A DNA stretch of 51,658 nt from a virus (Duplodnaviria > Heunggongvirae > Uroviricota > Caudoviricetes): positions 1-51,658 of IMG/VR virus record IMGVR_UViG_3300035698_009402. One strand, given 5' to 3'. Below are positions 9,100-18,605 of this stretch, in pieces; the stretch's first letter is position 1, and each line of letters begins with the position of its first letter. Position numbers and translations under genes: made by a program. The notes beneath the pieces were generated by a model. It was given only the letters and a program-made list of their open reading frames with translations, was not told the origin of the DNA and did no database searches.

Positions 9100-12000
9100 T
9101 GGCATTTAAAAGATTTTCCACAAGCAACGTAGATTTTACCTCAAATGGTGTTTCTGCTATACTAACAGGTAAAAACGGTTTCATAAGTAGAGCTGGGTCT
9201 ATTCCTGTGCTTATAGAAAGTGTTAGTATTATAGATTCTAGTAGTAATTTAGAACTTACTGCTAATAATATGAGTATGTTATATGATAATAACTTTAGTA
9301 ATCATGTATTAGAAGTTAATGATGGATTTTTTGCGGGGTTAAAAGGATTTGATAGTATAGGACTACCTGTAAATCAAAAAGCTAATAGTTTTAGCGATTT
9401 TGGATTTGTAGGATTTAACACTACTATTACCCAAATTTCTAGTAATATACTTATCCATAGTTTAGCAAATAATACTGTTGTAGTAGAAAATACTCTTACA
9501 GGAAGTACTAGATTGGTAGATAAATTACCTGCCACTCCTTTTTATGCATTATTACCTCAAATAATAGATACTAGATATTTCTCTAGTAAAGAATTATTCA
9601 TAAAAGGTACTAGTTTAGTAAAACAGAGATATCACAATGTTAATTCTGTGGCTAGTAGTTATATTGCAGATCTAGGAGTAGTCCCTAGAACTAAAAATGA
9701 AATTATGGTATGGCTTGATGGTATTGAGTTAGCTGCTAGTAATTATACTTGGGATAATTTATCTAATGTAACTTTATCTTTGTTAGATAACCAATTATTA
9801 AGAACAAGAGTTAGTACTTATACAGTGCCTAAAGTAGAGCAGGGGGATAATATATCCTTTTTTGCAGATAATACTTATAGTGTTGCTAATGTTTTTTATG
9901 ATATAGCAGATGGTAGTAGTAATACTTCTTTAACTGATAATCATTTTTATAAGATTAAATTAGGAGAAGCTATAAGGGCTAATGTTAGTGGAGTAAGTTT
10001 TACTAATAAAACATTAGATATCGAAGGAAAAATAAATAATGTTTATGCAAGTAATAATAGTTTTACCTTAGATTATAATGACGCCGCCTATCCTAGTAAC
10101 TATAGGTTATCTAATAATAAATTATATAGCGTACAGAGTGCATTAAGCTTCACTCCTATTACCTTAGGATCAGATAAGGTAATAAGAGGAGTACCTGTAG
10201 GCTTAAATTTAGTAAGAGCTAGAAACAGAAATAGTCAAGCACGTGTAAGTGATACTATTACTGAACAGGTATTTATTGATCAAATACCTATTAGAAAAGT
10301 TACTGATATATCTATAACCGAAAGTTTATTTGTTGACACTACACAAGGTGTATCGGTTAGAATAAGTATTTCTTTTAATGCAATACAAAATCAAGAAGTT
10401 ACAGACTATGAATTAAGTTATAAACTTAATAATTTAAGTGGAGATTTAAGTAGTTTTAATACTGTTAAGCTTCCTTCTTCAGGTATAGGATCAGACGGTA
10501 AAATACGTTTTACTATAAATAATATAGATAGAGGTGCTAGTAGTGCTACTAACGAGATAACTGTAAGAGTAGTTCCTTTAAATAGAAGTATAAGAGGAAT
10601 AGTTAATGAAGTTACTCAAGAAATTATAGGAAAATCTTCAAGCCCTAATGCTGTAGAAACTATATCAGGAGGTCAACAGGGTGAAAATATAATTTTAGCC
10701 TGGTCTTTCGTTACTAACTCTGATGGTACTGTGGCAGACTTAGATCTACAGGAAACTTTAATAAGAAAAATATCAGGAATTATTACGGAAGCAGATGCTT
10801 TAGATAATTGGAATATAGCCTCTACAGTAGCTAGAGTAGCTACCCCTGCTACTAGTATTGTATTAAATATTTCTACTTTCGATATTACGGAAACTTATCT
10901 ACTTAGAGCTAGAGATACTTCAGGAAATGAGAGTGATGAGGTAAAAGCTTTAACTATTACAACTTTTAAACCCGCTAATTCAGAGGTTTTTAAAGTGTAT
11001 AGTGAAGATGCTCCTTCTGTTAGTGTAATAACGGGTATTACTAATGATAATTCTACAGAAAATAATTATCCTAGTTTCTCCGATAGCACTACTGGAGGAA
11101 TAGTAGTTAGTGGTCACAGTTATGCAGATTTATCTAACGGCACAAGCTCTGGATGGACTAGTGTTACGGAGCCTACAGATTTATCTGCGGCGGGCTCTTC
11201 CGCTTTTTATCAAACACAGGTAAGAGATATAGGAGTTTCTGCTACAGGAATAGTAACTATTCGAGCAAATGGGATTAGCACTACAGCTAGTACTTGGAAT
11301 AGTTTATTAAGCAATGTATTAACGGGGGTTACTGAAGCAGGTAGTTCTAATAATGTATTTGTAGATTCTGATTTCGGAGGTATAGGTACGATACTAGGGT
11401 TTAGTAATATAAATGCTGCTACTGTTACTTATGATACTAATAATGGAACTTTAATAAGTGGCGGGTCCTCAGGAAATGTATACGCTATATGGAATTACGG
11501 ACAATTTTCTGGAGACGGAAGTAATGCTAACAGTTTTGCTTTAATAGCAGGTACTGTAGACGCAGATACTATAGAATTAGGGTCTACTTACTATGCTAAC
11601 GGAGAACCTACTGGTTCTAATAATTTTACCAATTTAAATAGTTCCACTAGTTATGCTTTAGTAGATTTAGTACAATACGTAGATGATACTGGTAGTATAA
11701 ATTTCTTAGGACCTAATGAAGCTGTTACTAGCAATATATTAATAAGGTATTCTGAAACTAGTCCTTACGATGCTAACGGCAATGTAGATATAGGAGTATT
11801 TTCTGCAACTCCTAGTACAGATAGTAATGGGTGGAAAAACTATACAGGAGTTAAAAGAACTTTTAGATATTTTCAATTAAAATACCAATTATTTAATAGT
11901 TCTCCCGCTCAAGCAGATTTCGTATTAGATAAGTTTAATTATTTAGTAGATTTAGAAGATAAAATATATAAAGAAAAAATAGACGTTTCTACTACTCCTT

Positions 12001-12191
12001 ATTCTGTGGATTATTCAACAGAAGGTTTTATATTACCCCCAGTAATTAGTATGGTAGTAGAAGGCGATGATAATTTAGTACCTGTAGTAATAGCACCAGC
12101 TACTGCAACTAGTGCAGATATAAATGTATATAATAATGTAGGAGTAGCACAATCTAGTATTAATGTGTACTTCGTAGCAACGGGAGTTTAA
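9099..12191 (+). CDS. Tail tip protein, gpJ C-terminal-like (FN3-type domains)
   Basis: TAATG-coupled to the J N-part. FN3-like segments (VRARNRNSQ, ITVRVVPLNRS, YLLRARDTSGNES); C-terminal FRYFQLKYQL...DLED segment typical of J C-termini. Confidence 0.7.
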   Translation: MAFKRFSTSNVDFTSNGVSAILTGKNGFISRAGSIPVLIESVSIIDSSSNLELTANNMSMLYDNNFSNHVLEVNDGFFAGLKGFDSIGLPVNQKANSFSDFGFVGFNTTITQISSNILIHSLANNTVVVENTLTGSTRLVDKLPATPFYALLPQIIDTRYFSSKELFIKGTSLVKQRYHNVNSVASSYIADLGVVPRTKNEIMVWLDGIELAASNYTWDNLSNVTLSLLDNQLLRTRVSTYTVPKVEQGDNISFFADNTYSVANVFYDIADGSSNTSLTDNHFYKIKLGEAIRANVSGVSFTNKTLDIEGKINNVYASNNSFTLDYNDAAYPSNYRLSNNKLYSVQSALSFTPITLGSDKVIRGVPVGLNLVRARNRNSQARVSDTITEQVFIDQIPIRKVTDISITESLFVDTTQGVSVRISISFNAIQNQEVTDYELSYKLNNLSGDLSSFNTVKLPSSGIGSDGKIRFTINNIDRGASSATNEITVRVVPLNRSIRGIVNEVTQEIIGKSSSPNAVETISGGQQGENIILAWSFVTNSDGTVADLDLQETLIRKISGIITEADALDNWNIASTVARVATPATSIVLNISTFDITETYLLRARDTSGNESDEVKALTITTFKPANSEVFKVYSEDAPSVSVITGITNDNSTENNYPSFSDSTTGGIVVSGHSYADLSNGTSSGWTSVTEPTDLSAAGSSAFYQTQVRDIGVSATGIVTIRANGISTTASTWNSLLSNVLTGVTEAGSSNNVFVDSDFGGIGTILGFSNINAATVTYDTNNGTLISGGSSGNVYAIWNYGQFSGDGSNANSFALIAGTVDADTIELGSTYYANGEPTGSNNFTNLNSSTSYALVDLVQYVDDTGSINFLGPNEAVTSNILIRYSETSPYDANGNVDIGVFSATPSTDSNGWKNYTGVKRTFRYFQLKYQLFNSSPAQADFVLDKFNYLVDLEDKIYKEKIDVSTTPYSVDYSTEGFILPPVISMVVEGDDNLVPVVIAPATATSADINVYNNVGVAQSSINVYFVATGV

Positions 12192-12194
12192 TAA

Positions 12195-13445
12195 ATGGTA
12201 TCAAATACATTCGCAACACCTTCAGCAAGCAAGGCTATAAACTTAGCTAGAATAGATTTTAATGAATCTATTAAAGCTACAGTAAGTAATTTTTATGGCC
12301 CTAGTTTTCCTACTAGTGCAGATGTAACTATTCTAGGGAGTGCTACAGCGCCGTTAGATGGAACTTTACATAGAAATTTACATACAGGAGTGCTTTATAT
12401 AAAAGATACTGCTAATGCTAAGGGATTATCTGGAGATTTTACTACTAATGGTATAGGAAGCAGAATAATAGAAAGTTTAGCTGATTATTTTGGGCAAGAA
12501 TCTGGGTTTGAGTTAGGTGAGCTATTTAAAACAGTTGGCGGAAACTCTAGAATATATATGAAAACTAGCAATAGTACTGGCGACAGTAGTATTACTGATT
12601 TAGGTATACCTCCGGAAAACGAGTCTATTACTGCGGGAATGCTAGGCAGTGGAATAGTAAACGGATTAAAAGTTGGTAGTAATGTATCCGTTTTTGAAAG
12701 AAACGAAGTATTTACCGGGCAAAAGGAATTTAAAGGTAATACATTAATAGTTAGTAACACTGATGCTAGCGCTTCGAGTGGTCCAGATTTAGAATTATTT
12801 AGAAATAGTGCTAGCCCTGCTGACGCAGATTTAGCTGGTAGAGTTATTTTTACAGGAAAAGATAGTGGTGGGGATAATGTTGTTTATGCCTCTATAAGTA
12901 CAATATTAAATGACGTAACTGCTTCACAAGAAGACGGCGAATTATTAATTCAACTAATGAACGCAGGTACTTTAAATAACGTAATTCATTTAATTACTGG
13001 AAATATAATGGCATATTCCAATTTAGTATTATCCGATACAAGTAATATATATTCTTCTGAAAATTTTGGAGTATATATGAGTAATACCGCAGCTATAAGC
13101 TTAGATAGTGGTAGACAACATACAATTCAACAATCCTTCAATACGGCTAGTTTATCCGATGGAGCTAATATTTCTTGGAATTTAGATAGTGAACAAGTTT
13201 CGGAAGTTACTTTAGCAGGTAACAGAACTTTGGATAATCCTACTAATATGAAAGATGGCGGAACTTATATAGTAAGAGTAAGACAAGATGGAACTGGGTC
13301 TCGTACCTTAAGTTTTGGTAATGCTTACAAATTTGTGGGAGGTATTTCCCCTACCTTAAGTACTGATGCTAATGCTTTAGACATACTTAGTTTTACTAGT
13401 AATGGTAGCGCTATGTTAGGGGTAGGGTTAATAGGTATAGCGTAA
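12195..13445 (+). CDS. Tail fibre protein
   Basis: C-terminal LSDGANISWNL...VTLAGNRTL.NPTN...IVRVRQDGTGSRTL...DILSF domain, commonly seen at phage tail fibre C-termini; tail context. Confidence 0.7.
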   Translation: MVSNTFATPSASKAINLARIDFNESIKATVSNFYGPSFPTSADVTILGSATAPLDGTLHRNLHTGVLYIKDTANAKGLSGDFTTNGIGSRIIESLADYFGQESGFELGELFKTVGGNSRIYMKTSNSTGDSSITDLGIPPENESITAGMLGSGIVNGLKVGSNVSVFERNEVFTGQKEFKGNTLIVSNTDASASSGPDLELFRNSASPADADLAGRVIFTGKDSGGDNVVYASISTILNDVTASQEDGELLIQLMNAGTLNNVIHLITGNIMAYSNLVLSDTSNIYSSENFGVYMSNTAAISLDSGRQHTIQQSFNTASLSDGANISWNLDSEQVSEVTLAGNRTLDNPTNMKDGGTYIVRVRQDGTGSRTLSFGNAYKFVGGISPTLSTDANALDILSFTSNGSAMLGVGLIGIA

Positions 13446-14155
13446 TGTTAACTTTTTTCTTTTCAGGGAATACTATCCTTAATGTAATAATATCTAGTAA
13501 TGATACTGACGTAAATTTAAGAACTTTAGTAGATTCTTTAGGTTATTTAGCTGCATCGCATACTGTAGTTAATATTACTATTAATTCTGGAATTGTTATA
13601 GGAGCTACTTCTACTAGTAATCCTGCTATTACTACGGGCAGTTTTCCTGCAGGTACTTTAATTAATCTTATAAATAATGGAATAATTGCAGGTAAGGGTG
13701 GCGCAGCTAGTTCTGGAGGAGTTCCTTTTGGATCGGATGTTGCGGGTCAGAACGGGTTTTCGGGCGGAGTAGCTCTAGAAGCTACTAACGCTATTACTGT
13801 TACAAATAATAATATTATTGGTGGCGGCGGAGGTAGTGGCGGTGGAGGAGCTGGAGATTACATTTTTATAGACAAAGGAAGTCAACAAAATTATAATGGA
13901 GGATCCGGAGGAAGCGGGGCTGGTTATACTAATACAGGATCAGCAGCTACGGAAACAGGGGCTGCAGGCGTAGCAGGACAAGTTAGTGCAGGAGCCGGCG
14001 GAGCGGGCGGAGATTTAGGAGATAACGGTACCGCAGGTACTGCGGGCAATTCTAGCCAGCCAGGCGGTTCTGGAGGTGTTGCAGGATTAGGCGTATCTGG
14101 TATATCTTTTGTAACTTACGCAGTAGAAGGAAGTATTTTAGGAGGCACAAGTTAA
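13445..14155 (+). CDS. Glycine-rich tail-associated protein
   Basis: INNGIIAGKGG and GGGGGSGGGGAG tracts; coupled to the tail fibre gene by TAATG. Confidence 0.6.
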   Translation: MLTFFFSGNTILNVIISSNDTDVNLRTLVDSLGYLAASHTVVNITINSGIVIGATSTSNPAITTGSFPAGTLINLINNGIIAGKGGAASSGGVPFGSDVAGQNGFSGGVALEATNAITVTNNNIIGGGGGSGGGGAGDYIFIDKGSQQNYNGGSGGSGAGYTNTGSAATETGAAGVAGQVSAGAGGAGGDLGDNGTAGTAGNSSQPGGSGGVAGLGVSGISFVTYAVEGSILGGTS

Positions 14156-14346
14156 TGATAATAGAAATTGATAATAAATTTACTACTACTGACGTTATTA
14201 GGAAGGGTATTATACAGAATAAAGAACAATTAGATGAATATATTAAATATAGAAGATCACTTAATTATAAACCTATAATTAGTAAATTACAGTTTCCAGA
14301 TAAAAAATACTGTTATCATAATACTTATGAAGAGGTTACGGTATAA
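14155..14346 (+). CDS. Hypothetical protein (63 aa)
   Basis: TAATG overlaps at both ends; GGAGG upstream. Confidence 0.6.
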   Translation: MIIEIDNKFTTTDVIRKGIIQNKEQLDEYIKYRRSLNYKPIISKLQFPDKKYCYHNTYEEVTV

Positions 14347-14843
14347 TGGATAGATGGGTTAATACTTTTTTTGTAGAAGAAAATATAATGCTTACTGAAT
14401 GGCAATATCGAAAAAATACTATTGATTATGGAAACTATTTAAGAGACATACCTGCTTTAACGATTCCAGATACTTATATTTATATATCCAAGGGTGGATA
14501 TACTAGATTTAATTGTAATAATATAGAAGAACCTGCGTTTACTGAAAAAACGTTAAATAGTAAATATAACTATCCTATAAGTAAAGGATTGTATACTTTT
14601 AAAATGACACAAGAAACACATAAATGGTGTGTTTCAAAAAATAATTTAGATAATTTAAAAGTAGCTTTTTATACCGATACTGCTGTATCTTTATCGAAAG
14701 GCTTCATTTTTATACTAGAGGGAATTCTTGCTATAAACGGTATTAAGTACAATAAATATACAAAAGTTAATATTTCAAAAAATATTAATTTGAATATAGA
14801 CAAAAACTGTGATATAGTACACATAATTAATAATGGTAACTAA
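14346..14843 (+). CDS. Hypothetical protein (165 aa)
   Basis: TAATG coupling, GAGGT upstream, fills the gap before the next gene. Confidence 0.65.
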   Translation: MDRWVNTFFVEENIMLTEWQYRKNTIDYGNYLRDIPALTIPDTYIYISKGGYTRFNCNNIEEPAFTEKTLNSKYNYPISKGLYTFKMTQETHKWCVSKNNLDNLKVAFYTDTAVSLSKGFIFILEGILAINGIKYNKYTKVNISKNINLNIDKNCDIVHIINNGN

Positions 14844-17800
14844 AACAACTAATAATATAATCAATAATAATACAGTAATGTCTAACCACTATCAAATAGA
14901 ACAGATAGAGGATAGACATTTAGTGTCTGCGTTATTTAACAATGTTAGTTTAGGAAATAACAATTCATGGGTTAATAGTAATGATTTTGTTACATATACC
15001 CTATTAAATAGCAATATCAATTTAACAGAGAGTAATCTTACCGCTTTAATAAAGAATTTTAAAAATAATATTCAATTTACTACTAATTCTTTTTTTAGTG
15101 ATGGGTCAAATGTATTTATTTTAGATAACGCTGCATTAAATGACTTGTCAATAGATGTTTATATTAATGGGTCTAGACAGTCTAATACTGATTGGGTATC
15201 TCATAGTAATAATACTGTTCAATTTAAAGACGATATCCCTGCTAATACTAGTATAGATTTAAAATATATTATAGAAGCACCTAACGTAAAAGTAGATAGT
15301 GATTTAATATATGACTTAAGTGAGAGATATGCAGGTAAAATTTTAGGTAGTACTTCTAAACCTAACTTCTCCATTAATTTTGAGAAAGTAAATAACTCAG
15401 AAACATTGGTTACCGCTGTTCAAAGTGCTGAAACATATACTATAAATGCTAAAAGAGAATTAGAAAGAGTTCCACCGAACACACCTCGTGTGTACCACGA
15501 GCCTAGCACAGGTAAAAGACTTGGAATACTTAGCGAACCTGATAGATATAATTTCTGGCTTGATTCAAGTAATGTGTTGGCTAATACACTTATGTATCGT
15601 ACTGAAGGGACAGGTACTATTAGTGGTAATGTTGCTGAAGCTCCTGACGGTAGTGATAGTGCTTTTTCTTTTATACCTGATACAGATACAGCTACTCATG
15701 CTATTACTATGCATAGCACGTATAGCCCTGGTGTAGGGGATATGGAGTATATAGTAGATATTTTTGTTAAAGACGCTGGATATTCTAATTTTGGACTAAG
15801 AGTATTTGATGATTCTGTTAATTACTTTTTAAGAGCAACTGCAAACCTAGCTAATGGCACAGTATATAATCAAGAAGCGGGTTCTTGGAATATAGATAAA
15901 TTATCTAATGGATGGTTTTGGATTCAGGGGGCTGCTACTCCCACTGCAGGATTCGTATCTCTTTCTGTTAATTTTGAAACACTGCCTGGCGGTGAAATAG
16001 TTCAAGCTAGTTTTCCTGGAGATGGAATTAGTGGTATGTATTTTTGGAAACCTAGAATATCTGCGGGTAATACTGCTTTTATGCCTATTATATATGAAAA
16101 TGATACTGATAATAGTATAATACAAGCCGATAATGTACATTTTGATTTTAATGATTTAGTATCTACAGAAGATAGTGTATACAGAATTTCATCTGTAAGT
16201 ACCTCTACAAATGGTAGTACTGATACTAAAATATTAGATTTAGTAACTGATGATTTTAATGTAATAGTATCTAGTAATATTGTAGGAAGTGTTAGTTATA
16301 GTAATTCATACACATCAACATTAGTTTTAAATGATAGTAATACTACTGCCACCTATAATACCGATTCTAGTAATGTTTTAGCTTTTTATAACAATAGCTC
16401 TGAAAATATAACTAAAGGCAAATTAGGTAGTAATGTTGTACTAAAAAGTGTTGAAGTGTGGAACAAAGAAAAAGATTATGCTAATGCTTATAATATAACT
16501 AATAATATACAAAATCTTCAAACTAGTGATAATTTAATTTTTGATATTACTACTATAGCTGATAGTGAATCTTTTGTGTTACCTGTTATAGGTGGTCAAC
16601 CTTATAATTGTACTATTTCTTGGGGGGACGGTATAAGTAATGTCTGTACTTCTTCTAGTGATAATACTACTCATACTTACGATACTGAAGGTACCTACAG
16701 AATAAACATTGAAGGGGAGTTTGCAGCTTTAAGATTTAGTACTTTAACTACTAGTAGAGATAGAATGACCAGAGTATTAAATTTAGGAAATGTTTCAGCT
16801 ACTTATTATGAATCCATCTTTTATTTATGTTCAAACTTAAAAGAGGTTACAGTAGGTAATGCTAATACTGATTTAGTTATTAGCGGAATGGATTCTTTTG
16901 TTAGTGGATGTTCTGAATTAGAATATTTAAATTTACAAGGATTAGATACTACTCATATGACTACCTTTTCTAGTACTTTTAGAGATTTAGATAAAATAAA
17001 ATATATAGATGCTTCTAATTTAAATACTAGTAATGTAACTTCTATGTTTTATACTTTTGGATATGCTTATGCGGCAGAAAATATAAAAGTAGATAACTGG
17101 ATTACTAATAATGTTACTGATATGACAGGAATGTTTTATGAATGTAATAGCATAGAGAATTTAAATTTATCTAGTTTCAATACTCAAAATGTTACTCATA
17201 TGTCTAGTATGTTATCTCATTGTTATGATGTTTTATCTTTAGATTTAACCAGCTTTATTACTCCTAGTCTAACTAATATGGCAGCAATGTTTAGAAATTC
17301 TAATAGTTTGGTTACTGTAGATGTGTCTAATTTTGTAACTAATAATGTTACTGATATGAATCATGCTTTCGAATCTTGTAAAGCTTTAACTACTGTTGTA
17401 GGTATTGAAAATTGGAATACTTCCAATATTACAAGTTTAGCAGCTTTTGTAAGAAATTGTTCTGAATTAGTTAATTTTGATATTTCTACGATGGATACTT
17501 CCAAAATAACTAGTTTAAATAGTTTTGCAACTCAAGATATACTTTTAGAAACTATAGACATGTCTATTGTTACTAATAATGTATCTGATATGGCTGTTAT
17601 GTTTGATGGTTGTGCTTCCTTAACTACTGTAACCGGTAGTGAAGATTGGAATAATTCTAATGTTACATCTATGGGTTACATGTTTAGAAATTGTACTTCT
17701 TTAGAAACTTTAGATATTACCAACTGGGATACTGTTAAAGTAACTACTTTCATTAGTACATTTTATAATTGTAGTAGCTTATCTAATATAGATCTAAGTG

Positions 17801-18426
17801 TACTAAAAACTTCTAATGCTACTAGTTTTAGTTCTATGTTTTATAATTGCGAAGCATTAGAGACTATTGATTTAACTAATTGGAATACTAGTAATGTTCT
17901 TACAACTTATAATATGTTTGCAGGTATTGCTACTCCCACCACTATTGATTTAACTGGTTGGAATACTTCCAAAAATGCTTCTTTTTATACTATGTTTGAT
18001 CAATCTACTGGAATAACTACTATAACCGGATTAGGGGGTCTTGTTACTTCCAATGCTACTACTATGGGATATATGTTTAGAAATAATTATGACTTACTAG
18101 AAGCAAATGTAACTAATTGGGATACTAGTAATGTAGTTGAGATAACTCAAATGTTTTATAATTCGGACGCCGTTGCAGCTAATGTAACTATAAATGGTTG
18201 GAATGTAGAAAGTGTTGTTTCTGCAAGTAATTTTATGGGATTAACTCAATTACCAACTGCAGAATATGATAATGTATTAGTTAATTGGGAAGCTCAAAGT
18301 GTTCAAGACGACGTTGTTATTAGTTTTGGAACTAGTACTTATACTTCTGGCGGAGCAGTAGAAACTGCTAGAACAGCTTTAATAAACGATCATAATTGGA
18401 CTATAACCGATGGAGGACCAGCTTAA
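14833..18426 (+). CDS. Large tail/receptor-binding protein A with DUF285/BspA-like repeats
   Basis: C-terminal half has many ~25-aa repeats of the form (W/F)xTsnVtxMxxMFxxCxxLxxxdL, ending YDNVLVNW...WTITDGG, preceded by a PKD-like ISWGDG segment. N-terminal ~430 aa are paralogous to 18606..22631. Confidence 0.8.
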   Translation: MVTKTTNNIINNNTVMSNHYQIEQIEDRHLVSALFNNVSLGNNNSWVNSNDFVTYTLLNSNINLTESNLTALIKNFKNNIQFTTNSFFSDGSNVFILDNAALNDLSIDVYINGSRQSNTDWVSHSNNTVQFKDDIPANTSIDLKYIIEAPNVKVDSDLIYDLSERYAGKILGSTSKPNFSINFEKVNNSETLVTAVQSAETYTINAKRELERVPPNTPRVYHEPSTGKRLGILSEPDRYNFWLDSSNVLANTLMYRTEGTGTISGNVAEAPDGSDSAFSFIPDTDTATHAITMHSTYSPGVGDMEYIVDIFVKDAGYSNFGLRVFDDSVNYFLRATANLANGTVYNQEAGSWNIDKLSNGWFWIQGAATPTAGFVSLSVNFETLPGGEIVQASFPGDGISGMYFWKPRISAGNTAFMPIIYENDTDNSIIQADNVHFDFNDLVSTEDSVYRISSVSTSTNGSTDTKILDLVTDDFNVIVSSNIVGSVSYSNSYTSTLVLNDSNTTATYNTDSSNVLAFYNNSSENITKGKLGSNVVLKSVEVWNKEKDYANAYNITNNIQNLQTSDNLIFDITTIADSESFVLPVIGGQPYNCTISWGDGISNVCTSSSDNTTHTYDTEGTYRINIEGEFAALRFSTLTTSRDRMTRVLNLGNVSATYYESIFYLCSNLKEVTVGNANTDLVISGMDSFVSGCSELEYLNLQGLDTTHMTTFSSTFRDLDKIKYIDASNLNTSNVTSMFYTFGYAYAAENIKVDNWITNNVTDMTGMFYECNSIENLNLSSFNTQNVTHMSSMLSHCYDVLSLDLTSFITPSLTNMAAMFRNSNSLVTVDVSNFVTNNVTDMNHAFESCKALTTVVGIENWNTSNITSLAAFVRNCSELVNFDISTMDTSKITSLNSFATQDILLETIDMSIVTNNVSDMAVMFDGCASLTTVTGSEDWNNSNVTSMGYMFRNCTSLETLDITNWDTVKVTTFISTFYNCSSLSNIDLSVLKTSNATSFSSMFYNCEALETIDLTNWNTSNVLTTYNMFAGIATPTTIDLTGWNTSKNASFYTMFDQSTGITTITGLGGLVTSNATTMGYMFRNNYDLLEANVTNWDTSNVVEITQMFYNSDAVAANVTINGWNVESVVSASNFMGLTQLPTAEYDNVLVNWEAQSVQDDVVISFGTSTYTSGGAVETARTALINDHNWTITDGGPA
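15466..15494 (+). repeat. 29-nt exact direct repeat, copy 1 (AGAGTTCCACCGAACACACCTCGTGTGTA)
   Basis: Identical to 19242..19270; contains the inverted repeat ACACAC-CTC-GTGTGT. Confidence 0.9.
15637..15705 (+). repeat. 69-nt near-identical repeat with 19413..19481 (4 mismatches)
   Basis: Manual alignment gives 65/69 identity; all four differences are transitions. Confidence 0.85.
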
Positions 18427-18602
18427 TGGCCATATTGAATAAAGTTCAAGGAATTTTTATAATTAATGGAGAATTATTAACTGTTTCCTCCAACAGTATG
18501 ATAAGCTATAGACATGATGCTATAGTAGAAGAATTTAATACTTACGAAGAAGCTTTACAAGAGCATAAAAATAGGTTTCCAGAAGCCTATTTAGAGGGAT
18601 AA
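18426..18602 (+). CDS. Small hypothetical protein (58 aa)
   Basis: ATG overlaps the upstream stop (TAATG) and GGAGG lies upstream; the track start is 18396. Confidence 0.6.
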   Translation: MAILNKVQGIFIINGELLTVSSNSMISYRHDAIVEEFNTYEEALQEHKNRFPEAYLEG

Positions 18603-18605
18603 CCA

